Source: Eledone cirrhosa
Lineage: Eukaryota
NCBI GenBank assembly: GCA_964016885.1
Contig: OZ024745.1
Coordinates: 71,052,001 to 71,116,000, forward strand
Length of the DNA stretch: 64,000 nucleotides
Direction of reading: 5' to 3'
Below are positions 40,541-58,500 of this stretch, in pieces (positions within the stretch are counted from its first letter, which is position 1; each line of letters begins with the position of its first letter). The position numbers and the translations under genes were made by a program. Under the pieces are notes generated by a model. It was not told where the DNA came from, did no database searches, and saw nothing but the letters and a program-made list of their open reading frames with translations.

Positions 40541-43500
40541 GACACTACTGTCATCACCATTAGCACTACAGTCATCGCCATTAACACTACTGTCATCACC
40601 ATTAACACTGCTGTCATCACCATTAACACTGCTGTCATCACCATTAACACTACTGTCATCACCATTAACACTGCTGTCATCACCATTAACACTACTGTCA
40701 TCACCATTAACACTACTGTCATCACCATTAACACTGCTGTCATCACCATTAACACTACTGTCATCACCATTAACACTACTGTCATCACCATTAACACTAC
40801 TGTCATCACCATTAACACTGCTGTCAACACCATTAACACTACTGTCATCACCATTAACACTGCTGTCATCACCATTAACACTACTGTCATCACCATTAAC
40901 AGTACTGTCATCACCATTAACACTACTGTCATCACCATTAACACGGATGTCATCACCATTAACACTACTGTCTTCACCATTAACACTACTGTCATCACCA
41001 TTAACACTACTGTCATCACCATTAACGCTACTGTCATCACCATTAACACTACTGTCATCACCATTAACACTACTGTCATCACCATTAACACTGCTGTCAT
41101 CACCATTAACACTGCTGTCATCACCATTAACACTACTGTCACCACCAATAATACTGCTGTCATCACCATTAACACTACTGTCATCACCATTAACACTACT
41201 GTCATCACCATTAACACTACTGTCTTCATCATTAACACTACTGTCATCACCATTAACACTGCTGTCATCACCATTAACACTACTGTCATCACCATTAACA
41301 CTGCTGTCATCACCATTAACGCTACTGTCATCACCATTAACACTACTGTCATCACCATTAACACTACTCTCATCACCATTAACACTACTGTCATCACCAT
41401 TAACACTACTGTCAACACCATTAACACTACTGTCATCACCATTAACACTACTGTCAACACCATTAACACTACTGTCATCACTATTAACACTACTGTCAAC
41501 ACCATTAACACTACTGTCATCACCATTAACACTACTGTCATCACCATTAAGACTACTGTCATCACCATTAACACTGCTGTCATCACCATTAACACTACTG
41601 TCATCACCATTAACACTGTTGTCATCACCATTAACACTACTGTCATCACCATTAACACTACTGTCATCACCATTAACGCTACTGTCATCACCATTAACAC
41701 TACTGTCATCACCATTAACACTACTGTCATCACCATTAACACTGCTGTCATCACCATTAACACTACTGTCACCACCAATAATACTGCTGTCATCACCATT
41801 AACACTACTGTCATCACCATTAACACTACTCTCATCACCATTAACACTACTGTCATCACCATTAACACTACTGTCATCACCATTAACACTACTGTCATCA
41901 CCATTAACGCTACTGTCATCACCATTAACACTACTGTCATCACCATTAACACTACTGTCATCACCATTAACACTGCTGTCATCACCATTAACGCTACTGT
42001 CATCACCATTAACACTACTGTCATCACCATTAGCACTACTGTCATCACCATTAACCCTACTGTCATCACCAATAACACTACTGTCATCACCATTAACACT
42101 GCTGTCATCACCATTAACACTACTGTCATCACCATTAACACTACTGTCATCACCATTAACACTACTGTCATCACCATTAGCACTACTGTCATCACCATTA
42201 ACACTATTGTCATCACCATTAGCACTACTGTCATCACCATTAACACTACTGTCATCACCATTAACACTGCTGTCATCACCATTAACACTACTGTCATCAC
42301 CATTATCACTACTGTCATCACCATTAACACTACTGTCATCACCATTAACACTGCTGTCATCACCATTAACACTACTGTCATCACCATTAACACTACTGTC
42401 ACCACCATTAACACTACTGTCATCACCATTATCACTACTGTCATCACCATTAGCACTACTGTCATCACCATTAACATTGCTGTCATCACCATTAACACTA
42501 CTGTCATCACCATTAACACTACTGTCACCACCATTAACACTACTGTCATCACCATTAACACTACTGTCAACACCATTAACACTACTGTCACCACCATTAA
42601 CACTACTGTCATCACCATTATCACTACTGTCATCACCATTAGCACTACTGTCATCACCATTAACATTGCTGTCATCACCATTAACACTACTGTCATCACC
42701 ATTAACACTACTGTCACCACCATTAACACTACTGTCATCACCATTAACACTACTGTCAACACCATTAACACTACTGTCATCACCATTAACACTGCTGTCA
42801 TCACCATTAACACTACTGTCATCACCATTAACACTACTGTCATCACCATTAACACTACTGTCATCACCATTAACACTACTGTCATCACAATTAACACTAC
42901 TGTCAACACCATTAACACTACTATCATCACCATTAACACTGCTGTCACCACCATTAACACTACTGTCATCACCATTAACACTACTGTCATCACCATTAAC
43001 ACTGCTGTCATCACCATTAACACTACTGTCATCACCATTAACACTACTGTCATCACTATTAACACTACTGTCATCACCATTAATACTACTGTCATCACCA
43101 TTAACACTACTGTCATCACCATTAACACTACTGTCATCACCATTAACACTACTGTCAACACCATTAACACTACTGTCATCACCATTAACACTACTGTCAT
43201 CACCATTATCACTACTGTCATCACCATTAACACTACTGTCATCACCATTAACATTGCTGTCATCACCATTAACACTACTGTCATCACCATTAACACTACT
43301 GTCATCACCATTAACACTACTTTCATCACCATTAACACTACTGTCATCACCATTAACACTGCTGTCATCACCATTAACACTACTGCCATCACCATTAACA
43401 CTACTGTCATCACCATTAGCACTACTGTCATCACCATTAACACTACTGTCATCACCATTAACACTGCTGTCATCACCATTAACACTGCTGTCATCACCAT

Positions 43501-46500
43501 TAACACTACTGTCATCACCATTAACACTACTGTCAACACCATTAACACTACTGTCATCACCATTAACACTGCTGTCATCACCATTAACACTACTGTCATC
43601 ACCATTAACACTACTGTCATCACCATTAACACTACTGTCATCACCATTAACATTACTGTCAACACCATTAACACTACTGTCATCACCATTAACACTGCTG
43701 TCATAACCATTAACACTGCTGTCATCACCATTAACACTACTGTCATCACCATTAACACTACTGTCAACACCATTAACACTACTGTCATCACCATTAACAC
43801 TACTGTCATCACCATTAACACTGCTGTCATCACCATTAACACTACTGTCATCACCATTAACACTGCTGTCATCACCATTAACACTGCTGTCATCACCATT
43901 AACACTACTGTCATCACCATTAACACTACTGTCATCACCATTAACACTACTGTCATCACCATTAACACTACTGTCAACACCATTAACACTACTGTCATCA
44001 CCATTAACACTGCTGTCATCACCATTAACACTGCTGTCATCACCATTAACACTACTGTCATCACCATTAACACTACTGTCAACACCATTAACACTACTGT
44101 CATCACCATTAACACTACTGCCATCACCATTAACACTGCTGTCAACACCATTAACACTACTGTCATCACCATTAACATTACTGCCATCACCATTAACACT
44201 GCTGTCATCAACATTAACACTACTGTCATCACCAATAACACTACTGTCATCACCAATAACACTACTGTCACCACCATTAACACTACTGTCATCACCAATA
44301 ACACTACTGTCACCACCATTAACACTACTGTCATCACCAATAACACTACTGTCACCACCATTAACACTACTGTCATCACCATTAACACTACTGTCACCAC
44401 CATTAACACTACTGTCATCACCATTAACACTATTGTCATCACCAATAACACTACTGTCATCACCATTAACACTACTGTCATCACCATTAACACTACTGTC
44501 ACCAGCATTAACACTACTGTCATCAACATTAACACTACTGTCATCACCATTAACACTACTGTCACCACCATTAACACTACTGTCACCAGCATTAACACTA
44601 CTGTCATCACCATTTACACTACTGTCACCACCATTAACACTACTGTCACCACCATTAACACTACTGTCATCACCATTAACACTACTGTCATCACCATTAA
44701 CACTACTGTCACCACCATTAACACTACTGTCACCACCATTAACACTACTGTCACCACCATTAACACTACTGTCATCACCAATAACACTACTGTCACCACC
44801 ATTAACACTACTGTCATCACCAATAACACTACTGTCACCACCATTAACACTACTGTCACCACCATTAACACTACTGTCATCACCATTAACACTAATGTCA
44901 TCACCATTAACACTACTGTCATCACCATTAACACTACTGTCATCACCATTAACACTACTGTCATCACCATTAACACTACTGTCATCACCATTAACACTAC
45001 TGTCATCACCATTAACACTATTGTCATCACCATTAACACTACTGTCATCACCATTATCACTACTGTCATCACCATTAACACTATAGTCATCACCATTAAC
45101 ACTGCTGTCAACACCATTATCACTACTGTCAACACCATTAACACTGGTGTCATCACCATTAACACTGCTGTCATCACCATTAACACTACTGTCATCACCA
45201 TTAACACTACTGTCATCACCATTAACACTACTGTCATCACCATTAACACTACTGTCACCAACATTAACACTGCAGTCAACACCATTAACACTACTGTCAC
45301 CACCATTAACACTACTGTCACCACCATTAACACTACTGTCATCACCATTAACACTGCTGTCAACACCATTAACACTACTTTCATCACCATTAACACTACT
45401 GTCATCACCATTAACACTGCTGTCATCACCATTAACACTACTGTCATCACCATTAACACTACTGTCATCACCATTAACACTGCTGTCGTCACCATTAAGA
45501 CTACTGTCATCACCATTAACACTACTGTCATCACCATTAACACTACTGTCATTACCATTAACACTACTGTCATCACCATTAACACTGCTGTCATCACCAT
45601 TAACACTACTGTCATCACCATTAACACTGCTGTCATCACCATTAACACTACTGTCATCACCATTAACACTACTGTCATTACCATTAACACTACTGTCATC
45701 ACCATTAACACTGCTGCCATCACCATTAACACTGCTGTCATCACCATTAACACTACTGTCATCACCATTAACACTACTGTCATCACCATTAACACTACTA
45801 TCATCACCATTAACACTACTGTCATCACCATTAACACTAGTGTCATCACCATTAACACTACTGTCATCACCATTAACACTACTGTCATCACCATTAACAC
45901 TACTGTCATCACCATTAGCACTACTGTCATCACCATTAACACTACTGTCATCACCATTAACACTACTGTCATCACCATTAACACTGCTGTCATCACCATT
46001 AACACTACTGTCATCACCATTAACACTACTGTCATCACCATTAACACTGCTGTCATCACCATTAACACTACTGTCATCACCATTAACACTACTGTCATCA
46101 CCATTAACACTACTGTCATCACCATTAACACTACTGTCATCACCATTAACACTGCTGTCATCACCATTAACACTGCTGTCATCACCATTAACACTACTGT
46201 CATCACCATTAACACTACTGTCATCACCATTAACACTACTGTCATCACCATTAACACTACTCTCATCACCATTAACACTGCTGTCAACACCATTATCACT
46301 ACTGTCAACACCATTAACACTGGTGTCATCACCATTAACACTGCTGTCATCACCATTAACACTACTGTCATCACCATTAACACTACTGTCATCACCATTA
46401 ACACTACTGTCATCACCATTAACACTACTGTCACCAACATTAACACTGCAGTCAACACCATTAACACTACTGTCACCACCATTAACACTACTGTCACCAC

Positions 46501-49500
46501 CATTAACACTACTGTCATCACCATTAACACTGCTGTCAACACCATTAACACTACTTTCATCACCATTAACACTACTGTCATCACCATTAACACTGCTGTC
46601 ATCACCATTAACACTACTGTCATCACCATTAACACTACTGTCATCACCATTAACACTGCTGTCGTCACCATTAAGACTACTGTCATCACCATTAACACTA
46701 CTGTCATCACCATTAACACTACTGTCATTACCATTAACACTACTGTCATCACCATTAACACTGCTGTCATCACCATTAACACTACTGTCATCACCATTAA
46801 CACTGCTGTCATCACCATTAACACTACTGTCATCACCATTAACACTACTGTCATTACCATTAACACTACTGTCATCACCATTAACACTGCTGCCATCACC
46901 ATTAACACTGCTGTCATCACCATTAACACTACTGTCATCACCATTAACACTACTGTCATCACCATTAACACTACTGTCATCACCATTAACACTACTGTCA
47001 TCACCATTAACACTAGTGTCATCACCATTAACACTACTGTCATCACCATTAACACTACTGTCATCACCATTAACACTACTGTCATCACCATTAGCACTAC
47101 TGTCATCACCATTAACACTACTGTCATCACCATTAACACTACTGTCATCACCATTAACACTGCTGTCATCACCATTAACACTACTGTCATCACCATTAAC
47201 ACTGCTGTCATCACCATTAACACTACTGTCATCACCATTAACACTGCTGTCATCACCATTAACACTGCTGTCATCACCATTAACACTACTGTCATCACCA
47301 TTAACACTACTGTCATCACCATTAACACTACTGTCATCACCATTAACACTACTGTCAACACCATTAACACTACTGTCATCACCATTAACACTGCTGTCAT
47401 CACCATTAACACTGCCGTCATCACCATTAACACTACTGTCATCACCATTAACACTACTGTCAACACCATTAACACTACTGTCATCACCATTAACACTACT
47501 GCCATCACCATTAACACTGCTGTCATCAACATTAACACTACTGTCATCACCATTAACACTGCTGTCATCACCATTAACACTACTGTCATCACCATTAACA
47601 CTACTGTCATCACCATTAACACTACTGTCATCACCATTAACACTACTGTCAACACCATTAACACTACTGTCATCACCATTAACACTGCTGTCATCACCAT
47701 TAACACTGCTGTCATCACCATTAACACTACTGTCATCACCATTAACACTACTGTCAACACCATTAACACTACTGTCATCACCATTAACACTACTGCCATC
47801 ACCATTAACACTGCTGTCATCAACATTAACACTACTGTCATCACCAATAACACTACTGTCATCACCAATAACACTACTGTCACCACCATTAACACTACTG
47901 TCATCACCAATAACACTACTGTCACCACCATTAACACTACTGTCATCACCAATAACACTACTGTCACCACCATTAACACTACTGTCACCAGCATTAACAC
48001 TACTGTCATCAACATTAACACTACTGTCATCACCATTAACACTACTGTCACCACCATTAACACTACTGTCACCACCATTAACACTACTGTCATCACCATT
48101 AACACTACTGTCACCAGCATTAACACTACTGTCATCACCATTAACACTACTGTCATCACCATTAACACTACTGTCACCACCATTAACACTACTGTCACCA
48201 CCATTAACACTACTGTCATCACCATTAACACTACTGTCACCACCATTAACACTACTGTCATCACCATTAACACTACTGTCACCACCATTAACACTACTGT
48301 CACCACCATTAACACTACTGTCACCACCATTAACACTACTGTCATCACCAATAACACTACTGTCACCACCATTATCACTACTGTCATCACCAATAACACT
48401 ACTGTCACCACCATTAACACTACTGTCACCACCATTAACACTACTGTCATCACCATTAACACTACTGTCATCACCATTAACACTACTGTCATCACCATTA
48501 ACACTACTGTCATCACCATTAACACTACTGTCATCACCATTAACACTACTGTCATCACCATTAACACTACTGTCATCACCATTAACACTATTGTCATCAC
48601 CATTAACACTACTGTCATCACCATTAACACTACTGTCACCACCATTAACACTACTGTCACCACCATTAACACTACTGTCATCACCATTAACACTACTGTC
48701 ACCAGCATTAACACTACTGTCATCACCATTAACACTACTGTCACCAGCATTAACACTACTGTCACCACCATTAACACTACTGTCACCACCATTAACACTA
48801 CTGTCATCACCATTAACACTACTGTCACCACCATTAACACTACTGTCATCACCATTAACACTACTGTCACCACCATTAACACTACTGTCATCACCATTAA
48901 CACTACTGTCACCACCATTAACACTACTGTCATCACCAATAACACTACTGTCACCACCATTAACACTACTGTCATCACCATTAACACTACTGTCCATCAC
49001 CATTAACACTACTGTCATCACCAATAACACTACTGTCACCACCATTAACACTACTGTCATCACCATTAACACTACTGTCATCACCATTAACACTACTGTC
49101 ATCACCATTAACACTACTGTCATCACCATTAACACTACTGTCATCACCATTAACACTACTGTCATCACCATTAACACTACTGTCATCACCATTAACACTA
49201 TTGTCATCACCATTAACACTACTGTCATCACCATTATCACTACTGTCATCACCATTAACACTACTGTCATCACCATTAACACTGCTGTCAACACCATTAT
49301 CACTACTGTCAACACCATTAACACTGGTGTCATCACCATTAACACTGCTGTCATCACCATTAACACTACTGTCATCACCATTAACACTACTGTCATCACC
49401 ATTAACACTACTGTCATCACCATTAACACTACTGTCACCAACATTAACACTGCAGTCAACACCATTAACATTGGTGTCATCACCATTAACACTGCTGTCA

Positions 49501-52500
49501 ACACCATTAACACTACTGTCATCACCATTAACACTGCTGTCAACACCATTAACACTATTTTCATCACCATTAACACTACTGTCATCACCATTAACACTGC
49601 TGTCATCACCATTAACACTACTGTCATCACCATTAACACTACTGTCATCACCATTAACACTGCTGTCGTCACCATTAAGACTACTGTCATCACCATTAAC
49701 ACTACTGTCATCACCATTAACACTACTGTCATTACCATTAACACTACTGTCATCCCCATTAACACTGCTGTCATCACCATTAACACTACTGTCATCACCA
49801 TTAACACTGCTGTCATCACCATTAACACTACTGTCATCACCATTAACACTACTGTCATTACCATTAACACTACTGTCATCACCATTAACACTGCTGCCAT
49901 CACCATTAACACTGCTGTCATCACCATTAACACTACTGTCATCACCATTAACACTACTGTCATCACCATTAACACTACTGTCATCACCATTAACACTACT
50001 GTCATCACCATTAACACTAGTGTCATCACCATTAACACTACTGTCATCACCATTAACACTACTGTCATCACCATTAACACTACTGTCATCACCATTAGCA
50101 CTACTGTCATCACCATTAACACTACTGTCATCACCATTAACACTACTGTCATCACCATTAACACTACTGTCATCACCATTAACACTACTGTCATCACCAT
50201 TAACACTACTGTCATCACCATTAACACTACTGTCATCACCATTAACACTACTGTCATCACCATTAACACTAGTGTCATCACCATTAACACTACTGTCATC
50301 ACCATTAACACTACTGTCATCACTATTAACACTACTGTCATCACCATTAACACTACTGTCATCACCATTAACACTACTGTCATCACCATTAACACTACTG
50401 TCATCACCATTAACACTACTGTCATCACCATTAACACTACTGTCATCACCATTAACACTACTGTCATCACCATTAACACTATTGTCATCACCATTAACAC
50501 TACTGTCATCACCATTAACACTACTGTCACCACCATTAACACTACTGTCACCACCATTAACACTACTGTCATCACCATTAACACTACTGTCACCAGCATT
50601 AACACTACTGTCATCACCATTAACACTACTGTCACCAGCATTAACACTACTGTCACCACCATTAACACTACTGTCACCACCATTAACACTACTGTCATCA
50701 CCATTAACACTACTGTCACCACCATTAACACTACTGTCATCACCATTAACACTACTGTCACCACCATTAACACTACTGTCATCACCATTAACACTACTGT
50801 CACCACCATTAACACTACTGTCATCACCAATAACACTACTGTCACCACCATTAACACTACTGTCATCACCATTAACACTACTGTCCATCACCATTAACAC
50901 TACTGTCATCACCAATAACACTACTGTCACCACCATTAACACTACTGTCATCACCATTAACACTACTGTCATCACCATTAACACTACTGTCATCACCATT
51001 AACACTACTGTCATCACCATTAACACTACTGTCATCACCATTAACACTACTGTCATCACCATTAACACTACTGTCATCACCATTAACACTATTGTCATCA
51101 CCATTAACACTACTGTCATCACCATTATCACTACTGTCATCACCATTAACACTACTGTCATCACCATTAACACTGCTGTCAACACCATTATCACTACTGT
51201 CAACACCATTAACACTGGTGTCATCACCATTAACACTGCTGTCATCACCATTAACACTACTGTCATCACCATTAACACTACTGTCATCACCATTAACACT
51301 ACTGTCATCACCATTAACACTACTGTCACCAACATTAACACTGCAGTCAACACCATTAACATTGGTGTCATCACCATTAACACTGCTGTCAACACCATTA
51401 ACACTACTGTCATCACCATTAACACTGCTGTCAACACCATTAACACTACTTTCATCACCATTAACACTACTGTCATCACCATTAACACTGCTGTCATCAC
51501 CATTAACACTACTGTCATCACCATTAACACTACTGTCATCACCATTAACACTGCTGTCGTCACCATTAAGACTACTGTCATCACCATTAACACTACTGTC
51601 ATCACCATTAACACTACTGTCATTACCATTAACACTACTGTCATCCCCATTAACACTGCTGTCATCACCATTAACACTACTGTCATCACCATTAACACTG
51701 CTGTCATCACCATTAACACTACTGTCATCACCATTAACACTACTGTCATTACCATTAACACTACTGTCATCACCATTAACACTGCTGCCATCACCATTAA
51801 CACTGCTGTCATCACCATTAACACTACTGTCATCACCATTAACACTACTGTCATCACCATTAACACTACTGTCATCACCATTAACACTACTGTCATCACC
51901 ATTAACACTAGTGTCATCACCATTAACACTACTGTCATCACCATTAACACTACTGTCATCACCATTAACACTACTGTCATCACCATTAGCACTACTGTCA
52001 TCACCATTAACACTACTGTCATCACCATTAACACTACTGTCATCACCATTAACACTACTGTCATCAACATTAACACTACTGTCATCACCATTAACACTAC
52101 TGTCATCACCATTAACACTACTGTCATCACCATTAACACTAGTGTCATCACCATTAACACTACTGTCATCACCATTAACACTACTGTCATCACTATTAAC
52201 ACTACTGTCATCACCATTAACACTACTGTCATCACCATTAACACTACTGTCATCACCATTAACACTACTGTCATCACCATTAACACTACTGTCATCACCA
52301 TTAACACTACTGTCATCACCATTAACACTGCTGTCATCACCATTAACACTGCTGTCATCACCATTAAGACTACTCTCATCACCATTATCACTACTGTCAT
52401 CACCATTAACACTACTGTCATCACCATTAACACTACTGTCATTACCATTAACACTACTGTCATCACCATTAACACTACTGTCATCACCATTATCACTACT

Positions 52501-55500
52501 GTCATCACCATTAACACTACTGTCATCACCATTAACACTGCTGTCATCACCATTAAGACTACTGTCATCACCATTATCACTACTGTCATCACCATTAACA
52601 CTGCTGTCATCACCATTAACACTACTGTCATCACCATTAACACTACTGTCATCACCATTAACACTGCTGTCATCACCATTAACACTGCTGTCATCACCAT
52701 TAAGACTACTGTCATCATCATTAACACTGCTGTCATCACCATTAACACTACTGTCATGACCATTAACACTACTGTCATCACCATTAAGACTACTGTCATC
52801 ACCATTAACACTACTGTCATCACCATTAACACTGCTGTCATCACCATTAAGACTACTGTCATCACCATTAACACTGCTGCCATCACCATTAACACTACTG
52901 TCATCACCATTAACACTGCTGCCATCACCATTAACACTGCTGTCATCACCATTAACACTGCTGTCATCACCATTAACACTACTGTCATCACCATTAACAC
53001 TACTGTCATCACCATTAACACTACTGTCATCACCATTAACACTGCTGTCATCACCATTAAGACTACTGTCATCACCATTATCACTACTGTCATCACCATT
53101 AACACTACTGTCATCACCATTAACACTACTGTCATCACCATTAACACTACTGTTATCACCATTAACACTGCTGTCATCACCATTAAGACTACTGTCATCA
53201 CCATTATCACTACTGTCATTACCATTAACACTGCTGTCATCACCATTAAGACTACTGTCATCACCATTTACACTACTGTCATCACCATTAACACTACTGT
53301 CATCACCATTAACACTACTGTCATCACCATTAACACTGCTGTCATCACCATTAAGACTACTGTCATCACCATTATCACTACTGTCATCACCATTAACACT
53401 GCTGTCATCACCATTAACACTACTGTCATCACCATTAACACTACTGTCATCACCATTAACACAACTGTCATCACCATTAACACTACTGTCATCACCATTA
53501 ACACAACTATCATCACCATTAACACTAGTGTCATCACCATTAACACTACTGTCATCACCATTAACACTGCTGTCATCACCATTAAGACTACTGTCATCAC
53601 CTTTATCACTACTGTCGTCACCATTAACACTACTGTCATCACCATTAACACTACTGTCATCACCATTAACACTACTGTTATCACCATTAACACTGCTGTC
53701 ATCACCATTAACACTACTGTCATCACCATTATCACTACTGTCATTACCATTAACACTGCTGTCATCACCATTAAGACTACTGTCATCACCATTAACACTA
53801 CTGTCATCACCATTAACACTACTGTCATCAACATTAACACAACTGTCATCACCATTAACACTAGTGTCATCACCATTAACACTACTGTCAACACCATTAT
53901 CACTACTGTCATCACCATTAACACTGCTGTCATCACCATTAACACTACTGTCATCACCACTAACACTACTGTCACCACCATTAACACTACTGTCATCACC
54001 AATAACACTACTGTCACCACCATTAACACTACTGTCATCACCAATAACACTACTGTCACCACCATTAACACTACTGTCATCACCAATAACACTACTGTCA
54101 CCACCATTAACACTACTGTCATCACTATTAACACTACTGTCATCACCATTAACACTACTGTCACCACCATTAACACTACTGTCATCACCATTAACACTAC
54201 TGTCATCACCATTAACACTACTGTCACCACCATTAACACTACTGTCACCACCATTAACACTACTGTCATCACCATTAACACTACTGTCATCACCATTAAC
54301 ACTACTGTCACCACCATTAACACTACTGTCACCACCATTAACACTACTGTCACCACCATTAACACTACTGTCATCACCAATAACACTACTGTCACCACCA
54401 TTAACACTACTGTCATCACCAATAACACTACTGTGACCACCATTAACACTACTGTCACCACCATTAACACTACTGTCATCACCATTAACACTACTGTCAT
54501 CACCATTAACACTACTGTCATCACCATTAACACTACTGTCATCACCATTAACACTACTGTCATTACCATTAACACTACTGTCATCACCATTAACACTGCT
54601 GCCATCACCATTAACACTGCTGTCATCACCATTAACACTACTGTCATCACCATTAACACTACTGTCATCACCATTAACACTACTGTCATCACCATTAACA
54701 CTGCTGTCATCACCATTAAGACTACTCTCATCACCATTATCACTACTGTCATCACCATTAACACTACTGTCATCACCATTAACACTACTGTCATTACCAT
54801 TAACACTACTGTCATCACCATTAACACTACTGTCATCACCATTATCACTACTGTCATCACCATTAACACTACTGTCATCACCATTAACACTGCTGTCATC
54901 ACCATTAAGACTACTGTCATCACCATTATCACTACTGTCATCACCATTAACACTACTGTCATCACCATTAACACTGCTGTCATCACCATTAACACTACTG
55001 TCATCACCATTAACACTACTGTCATCACCATTAACACTGCTGTCATCACCATTAAGACTGCTGTCATCATCATTAACACTGCTGTCATCACCATTAACAC
55101 TACTGTCATGACCATTAACACTACTGTCATCACCATTAAGACTACTGTCATCACCATTAACACTACTGTCATCACCATTAACACTGCTGTCATCATCATT
55201 AACACTGATGTCATCACCATTAACACTACTGTCATGACCATTAACACGACTGTCATCACCATTAAGACTACTGTCATCACCATTAACACTACTGTCATCA
55301 CCATTAACACTGCTGTCATCACCATTAAGACTACTGTCATCACCATTAACACTGCTGCCATCACCATTAACACTACTGTCATCACCATTAACACTGCTGC
55401 CATCACCATTAACACTGCTGTCATCACCATTAACACTGCTGTCATCACCATTAACACTACTGTCATCACCATTAACACTACTGTCATCACCATTAACACT

Positions 55501-58500
55501 ACTGTCATCACCATTAACACTGCTGTCATCACCATTAAGACTACTGTCATCACCATTATCACTACTGTCATCACCATTAACACTACTGTCATCACCATTA
55601 ACACTACTGTCATCACCATTAACACTACTGTTATCACCATTAACACTGCTGTCATCAACATTAAGACTACTGTCATCACCATTATCACTACTGTCATTAC
55701 CATTAACACTGCTGTCATCACCATTAAGACTACTGTCATCACCATTTACACTACTGTCATCACCATTAACACTACTGTCATCACCATTAACACTACTGTC
55801 ATCACCATTAACACTGCTGTCATCACCATTAAGACTACTGTCATCACCATTATCACTACTGTCATCACCATTAACACTGCTGTCATCACCATTAACACTA
55901 CTGTCATCACCATTAACACTACTGTCATCACCATTAACACAACTGTCATCACCATTAACACTACTGTCATCACCATTAACACAACTATCATCACCATTAA
56001 CACTAGTGTCATCACCATTAACACTACTGTCATCACCATTAACACTGCTGTCATCACCATTAAGACTACTGTCATCACCTTTATCACTACTGTCGTCACC
56101 ATTAACACTACTGTCATCACCATTAACACTACTGTCATCACCATTAACACTACTGTTATCACCATTAACACTGCTGTCATCACCATTAACACTACTGTCA
56201 TCACCATTATCACTACTGTCATTACCATTAACACTGCTGTCATCACCATTAAGACTACTGTCATCACCATTAACACTACTGTCATCACCATTAACACTAC
56301 TGTCATCAACATTAACACAACTGTCATCACCATTAACACTAGTGTCATCACCATTAACACTACTGTCAACACCATTATCACTACTGTCATCACCATTAAC
56401 ACTGCTGTCATCACCATTAACACTACTGTCATCACCACTAACACTACTGTCACCACCATTAACACTACTGTCATCACCAATAACACTACTGTCACCACCA
56501 TTAACACTACTGTCATCACCAATAACACTACTGTCACCACCATTAACACTACTGTCATCACCAATAACACTACTGTCACCACCATTAACACTACTGTCAT
56601 CACCATTAACACTACTGTCATCACCATTAACACTACTGTCACCACCATTAACACTACTGTCATCACCATTAACACTACTGTCATCACCATTAACACTACT
56701 GTCACCACCATTAACACAACTGTCATCACCATTAACACTAGTGTCATCACCATTAACACTACTGTCAACACCATTATCACTACTGTCATCACCATTAACA
56801 CTGCTGTCATCACCATTAACACTACTGTCATCACCACTAACACTACTGTCACCACCATTAACACTACTGTCATCACCAATAACACTACTGTCACCACCAT
56901 TAACACTACTGTCATCACCAATAACACTACTGTCACCACCATTAACACTACTGTCATCACCAATAACACTACTGTCACCACCATTAACACTACTGTCATC
57001 ACTATTAACACTACTGTCATCACCATTAACACTACTGTCACCACCATTAACACTACTGTCATCACCATTAACACTACTGTCATCACCATTAACACTACTG
57101 TCACCACCATTAACACTACTGTCACCACCATTAACACTACTGTCATCACCATTAACACTACTGTCATCACCATTAACACTACTGTCACCACCATTAACAC
57201 TACTGTCACCACCATTAACACTACTGTCACCACCATTAACACTACTGTCATCACCAATAACACTACTGTCACCACCATTAACACTACTGTCATCACCAAT
57301 AACACTACTGTGACCACCATTAACACTACTGTCACCACCATTAACACTACTGTCATCACCATTAACACTACTGTCATCACCATTAACACTACTGTCATCA
57401 CCATTAACACTACTGTCATCACCATTAACACTACTGTCATTACCATTAACACTACTGTCATCACCATTAACACTGCTGCCATCACCATTAACACTGCTGT
57501 CATCACCATTAACACTACTGTCATCACCATTAACACTACTGTCATCACCATTAACACTACTGTCATCACCATTAACACTGCTGTCATCACCATTAAGACT
57601 ACTCTCATCACCATTATCACTACTGTCATCACCATTAACACTACTGTCATCACCATTAACACTACTGTCATTACCATTAACACTACTGTCATCACCATTA
57701 ACACTACTGTCATCACCATTATCACTACTGTCATCACCATTAACACTACTGTCATCACCATTAACACTGCTGTCATCACCATTAAGACTACTGTCATCAC
57801 CATTATCACTACTGTCATCACCATTAACACTACTGTCATCACCATTAACACTGCTGTCATCACCATTAACACTACTGTCATCACCATTAACACTACTGTC
57901 ATCACCATTAACACTGCTGTCATCACCATTAAGACTGCTGTCATCATCATTAACACTGCTGTCATCACCATTAACACTACTGTCATGACCATTAACACTA
58001 CTGTCATCACCATTAAGACTACTGTCATCACCATTAACACTACTGTCATCACCATTAACACTGCTGTCATCATCATTAACACTGATGTCATCACCATTAA
58101 CACTACTGTCATGACCATTAACACGACTGTCATCACCATTAAGACTACTGTCATCACCATTAACACTACTGTCATCACCATTAACACTGCTGTCATCACC
58201 ATTAAGACTACTGTCATCACCATTAACACTGCTGCCATCACCATTAACACTACTGTCATCACCATTAACACTGCTGCCATCACCATTAACACTGCTGTCA
58301 TCACCATTAACACTGCTGTCATCACCATTAACACTACTGTCATCACCATTAACACTACTGTCATCACCATTAACACTACTGTCATCACCATTAACACTGC
58401 TGTCATCACCATTAAGACTACTGTCATCACCATTATCACTACTGTCATCACCATTAACACTACTGTCATCACCATTAACACTACTGTCATCACCATTAAC

